Positions 61,926 through 64,000 of a stretch of DNA of 64,000 nucleotides are shown piece after piece. The stretch is taken from contig DASPSR010000021.1 in assembly GCA_035623825.1 (NCBI GenBank), forward strand, positions 32,001 through 96,000, in the 5' to 3' direction. The position numbers and the translations under genes were made by a program. The stretch is from Nitrospirota bacterium (GTDB taxonomy: Bacteria > Nitrospirota > UBA9217). A model generated the notes under the pieces. It ran no database searches and was not told the origin of the DNA. It was given only the letters and a program-made list of their open reading frames with translations. Positions within the stretch are counted from its first letter, which is position 1. Every line of letters begins with the position of its first letter.

Positions 61926-64000
61926 AACACTTTTTTTATGAATTGGCCCGTGTACGACTCTTTCACCTTGGCCACGACTTCGGGCTCGCCTTCAGCTACG
62001 ATCTGACCTCCCCGGTCCCCACCCTCCGGTCCGAGATCGATGATCCAGTCCGCGGTCTTTATGACGTCGAGATTATGCTCTATCACCACCACGGTGTTGC
62101 CTGATTCCACGAGTTGATTCAGCATGTCAAGCAGCTTCTGGGTATCGGCAAAATGGAGGCCCGTCGTGGGCTCATCCAGGATGTAGAGCGTGCGGCCTGT
62201 GGCGCGCCGCGAGAGCTCTTTAGAGAGCTTTACGCGCTGCGACTCCCCACCGGAGAGCGTGGTTGCGGATTGGCCCAGTGTGATGTATCCGAGGCCGACA
62301 TCCGTGAGTGTCTGGAGCTTGGATCTGATAGGCGGTATGGCCTGGAAAAAATCGAACGCCTGCTCCACCGTCATGGCCAGCACCTCAGCGATGTTCTTGC
62401 CCTTGTACCGGATGTCGAGGGTCTCGCGGTTGTAACGGCTGCCGTGGCACACGTCGCAGGTCACATACACGTCCGGGAGAAAGTGCATCTCGATCTTGAT
62501 AAGGCCGTCGCCTTCGCACGCCTCGCACCTTCCGCCCTTGACATTGAAGCTGTAGCGTCCGGGCTTGTACCCGCGCACGCGCGATTCAGGAAGCATGGCG
62601 AAAAGGTCGCGGACAGGGCCGAACACGCCGGTGTAGGTGGCCGGATTAGAGCGCGGTGTCCTGCCGATGGGGGACTGGTCGATGTCGATCACCTTATCGA
62701 TATGCTCCAAGCCGACGATGTCCTTATGTTTCCCCGACCGCTCGGTGGAGCGATACAACCGCTGCGCGAGCGCCCGGTACAGGATGTCTACCACGAGCGT
62801 ACTCTTGCCCGACCCCGAAACGCCGGTTACGCAGGTCAGTACGCCGAGGGGGAACCGCACATCGATGCTCTTTAGATTGTTCTCGGTCGCTCCGATGACG
62901 GAAAGGGACTTCTCCGATTTTCTGCGCGTTTTAGGGACGGAAATGAACGCTTTGCCCGAAAGGTACTGGCCGGTGATTGAAGAGCCGTTTTTCTGGATAT
63001 CCCCGGGCGTTCCCTCGGCAACTATCTCGCCGCCATGGACTCCGGCCCCGGGTCCCATGTCGATCACGTGGTCGGCTGAACGAATTGTCTCTTCATCGTG
63101 CTCCACCACGAGCACGGTGTTGCCAAGGTTTCGGAGCCGGAATAAAGTGTCGAGGAGCCTCCGGTTGTCGCGCTGGTGAAGTCCAATGCTCGGTTCATCG
63201 AGGATATAGAGAACGCCCACCAGGGACGAGCCGATCTGCGTGGCGAGCCGGATACGCTGTCCTTCGCCGCCAGAGAGCGTGGCCGCGCCACGGTCGAGGG
63301 TGAGGTAGTCGAGGCCCACGTGCACCATGAACCCGAGCCTTTCGCGGATCTCCTTGAGGATCCGCTGGGCAATTGCTGTCTCTTTCTCTGTGAGCGTCAG
63401 ACCCGCAAAGAACGACAGCGCCCGCTTGATGCTCATGCGGGTGACATCATGGATGCTCATGTCGGCCACTTTGATCGCAAGCGCCTCCTTGCGCAGCCTG
63501 CTTCCGCCGCAGTCAGGGCAGGTCTGGTAGCTCATGTACTGTTCGAGCTCCCACTGGGTCGCGAAGGAATCCGTCTCGTCGTAGCGCCGTTTCAAGATCT
63601 CAATGATGCCTTCGAAGGGTTTGCACGTCGCTGTTCCCTTGCCTCCGCGGAGTGTCTTGGTTTTTGTCCCATTTTCCTTGAAGCCGAAGAGCAGCATTTT
63701 CTGCTGCGCCGGCCTCAGCTCCCTGAAGGGCGTGTTCACGTCGAAGCCGCACGATCTGGCCAGGGTCTCGAGCATCTGGAAATACTGGAACGACGTGCGC
63801 TTGGCCCAGGGCTTAATAGCACCCTCGCGGAGTGAGAGATTGGCGTTCGGAACTATGAGGTCGGGGTCGAACTCGAGCAGGCCCCCGAGCCCGTCACAGG
63901 TAGGGCAGGCGCCCTGGGGGCTGTTGAACGAGAAGAGCTGCGGCGTAATCTCGGGGTAGCTTATGCCGTCTACGATACAGGCGAGTTTTTCGCTGTAGAG
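61922..64000 (-). CDS. uvrA: excinuclease ABC subunit A (5'-truncated by window edge)
   Basis: Frame is open to the edge ([17 protein letters not shown]); [13 protein letters not shown], zinc fingers, LDEPTTGLH. Confidence 0.98.
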   Translation of the reverse strand, partial: LYSEKLACIVDGISYPEITPQLFSFNSPQGACPTCDGLGGLLEFDPDLIVPNANLSLREGAIKPWAKRTSFQYFQMLETLARSCGFDVNTPFRELRPAQQKMLLFGFKENGTKTKTLRGGKGTATCKPFEGIIEILKRRYDETDSFATQWELEQYMSYQTCPDCGGSRLRKEALAIKVADMSIHDVTRMSIKRALSFFAGLTLTEKETAIAQRILKEIRERLGFMVHVGLDYLTLDRGAATLSGGEGQRIRLATQIGSSLVGVLYILDEPSIGLHQRDNRRLLDTLFRLRNLGNTVLVVEHDEETIRSADHVIDMGPGAGVHGGEIVAEGTPGDIQKNGSSITGQYLSGKAFISVPKTRRKSEKSLSVIGATENNLKSIDVRFPLGVLTCVTGVSGSGKSTLVVDILYRALAQRLYRSTERSGKHKDIVGLEHIDKVIDIDQSPIGRTPRSNPATYTGVFGPVRDLFAMLPESRVRGYKPGRYSFNVKGGRCEACEGDGLIKIEMHFLPDVYVTCDVCHGSRYNRETLDIRYKGKNIAEVLAMTVEQAFDFFQAIPPIRSKLQTLTDVGLGYITLGQSATTLSGGESQRVKLSKELSRRATGRTLYILDEPTTGLHFADTQKLLDMLNQLVESGNTVVVIEHNLDVIKTADWIIDLGPEGGDRGGQIVAEGEPEVVAKVKESYTGQFIKKVL

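Noticed and set aside
1-64000. CRISPR array, tRNA or rRNA genes, transposases
   Set aside because: No regularly spaced repeats, tRNA cloverleafs (other than the tmRNA tRNA-like domain), rRNA or IS genes were recognised.

Overview
The window is mostly core chromosome of an anaerobic bacterium with dissimilatory sulfur metabolism. Gene content and the tmRNA tag ANTPELALAA suggest Nitrospirota/Thermodesulfovibrionia or a Desulfobacterota-like lineage (inference). It holds a pgeF-yggS-proC-yggT-divIVA-yggU cluster and tmRNA (ssrA). A ~4 kb island is inserted in the ssrA 3' end, bounded by a 28-bp direct repeat and lacking an integrase; it carries a RelE/HigB-HTH toxin-antitoxin pair and an 800-aa archaeo-eukaryotic primase (AEP-TOTE-like) + SF2 helicase fusion. 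An AT-rich accessory stretch follows, with a Cys-rich secreted protein, a PAS hybrid kinase and two sigma54 promoters. Further on are a GrdB/PrdB-family selenoprotein split by the ORF track at an in-frame UGA, plant-type thrC + cystathionine gamma-synthase, putA, an adk-sat-aprBA-qmoABC-CBS-hppA block, guaA, a Grx-FtrB pair, nadB and the 3' part of uvrA. All family calls come from motif recognition by eye; no database search was run.
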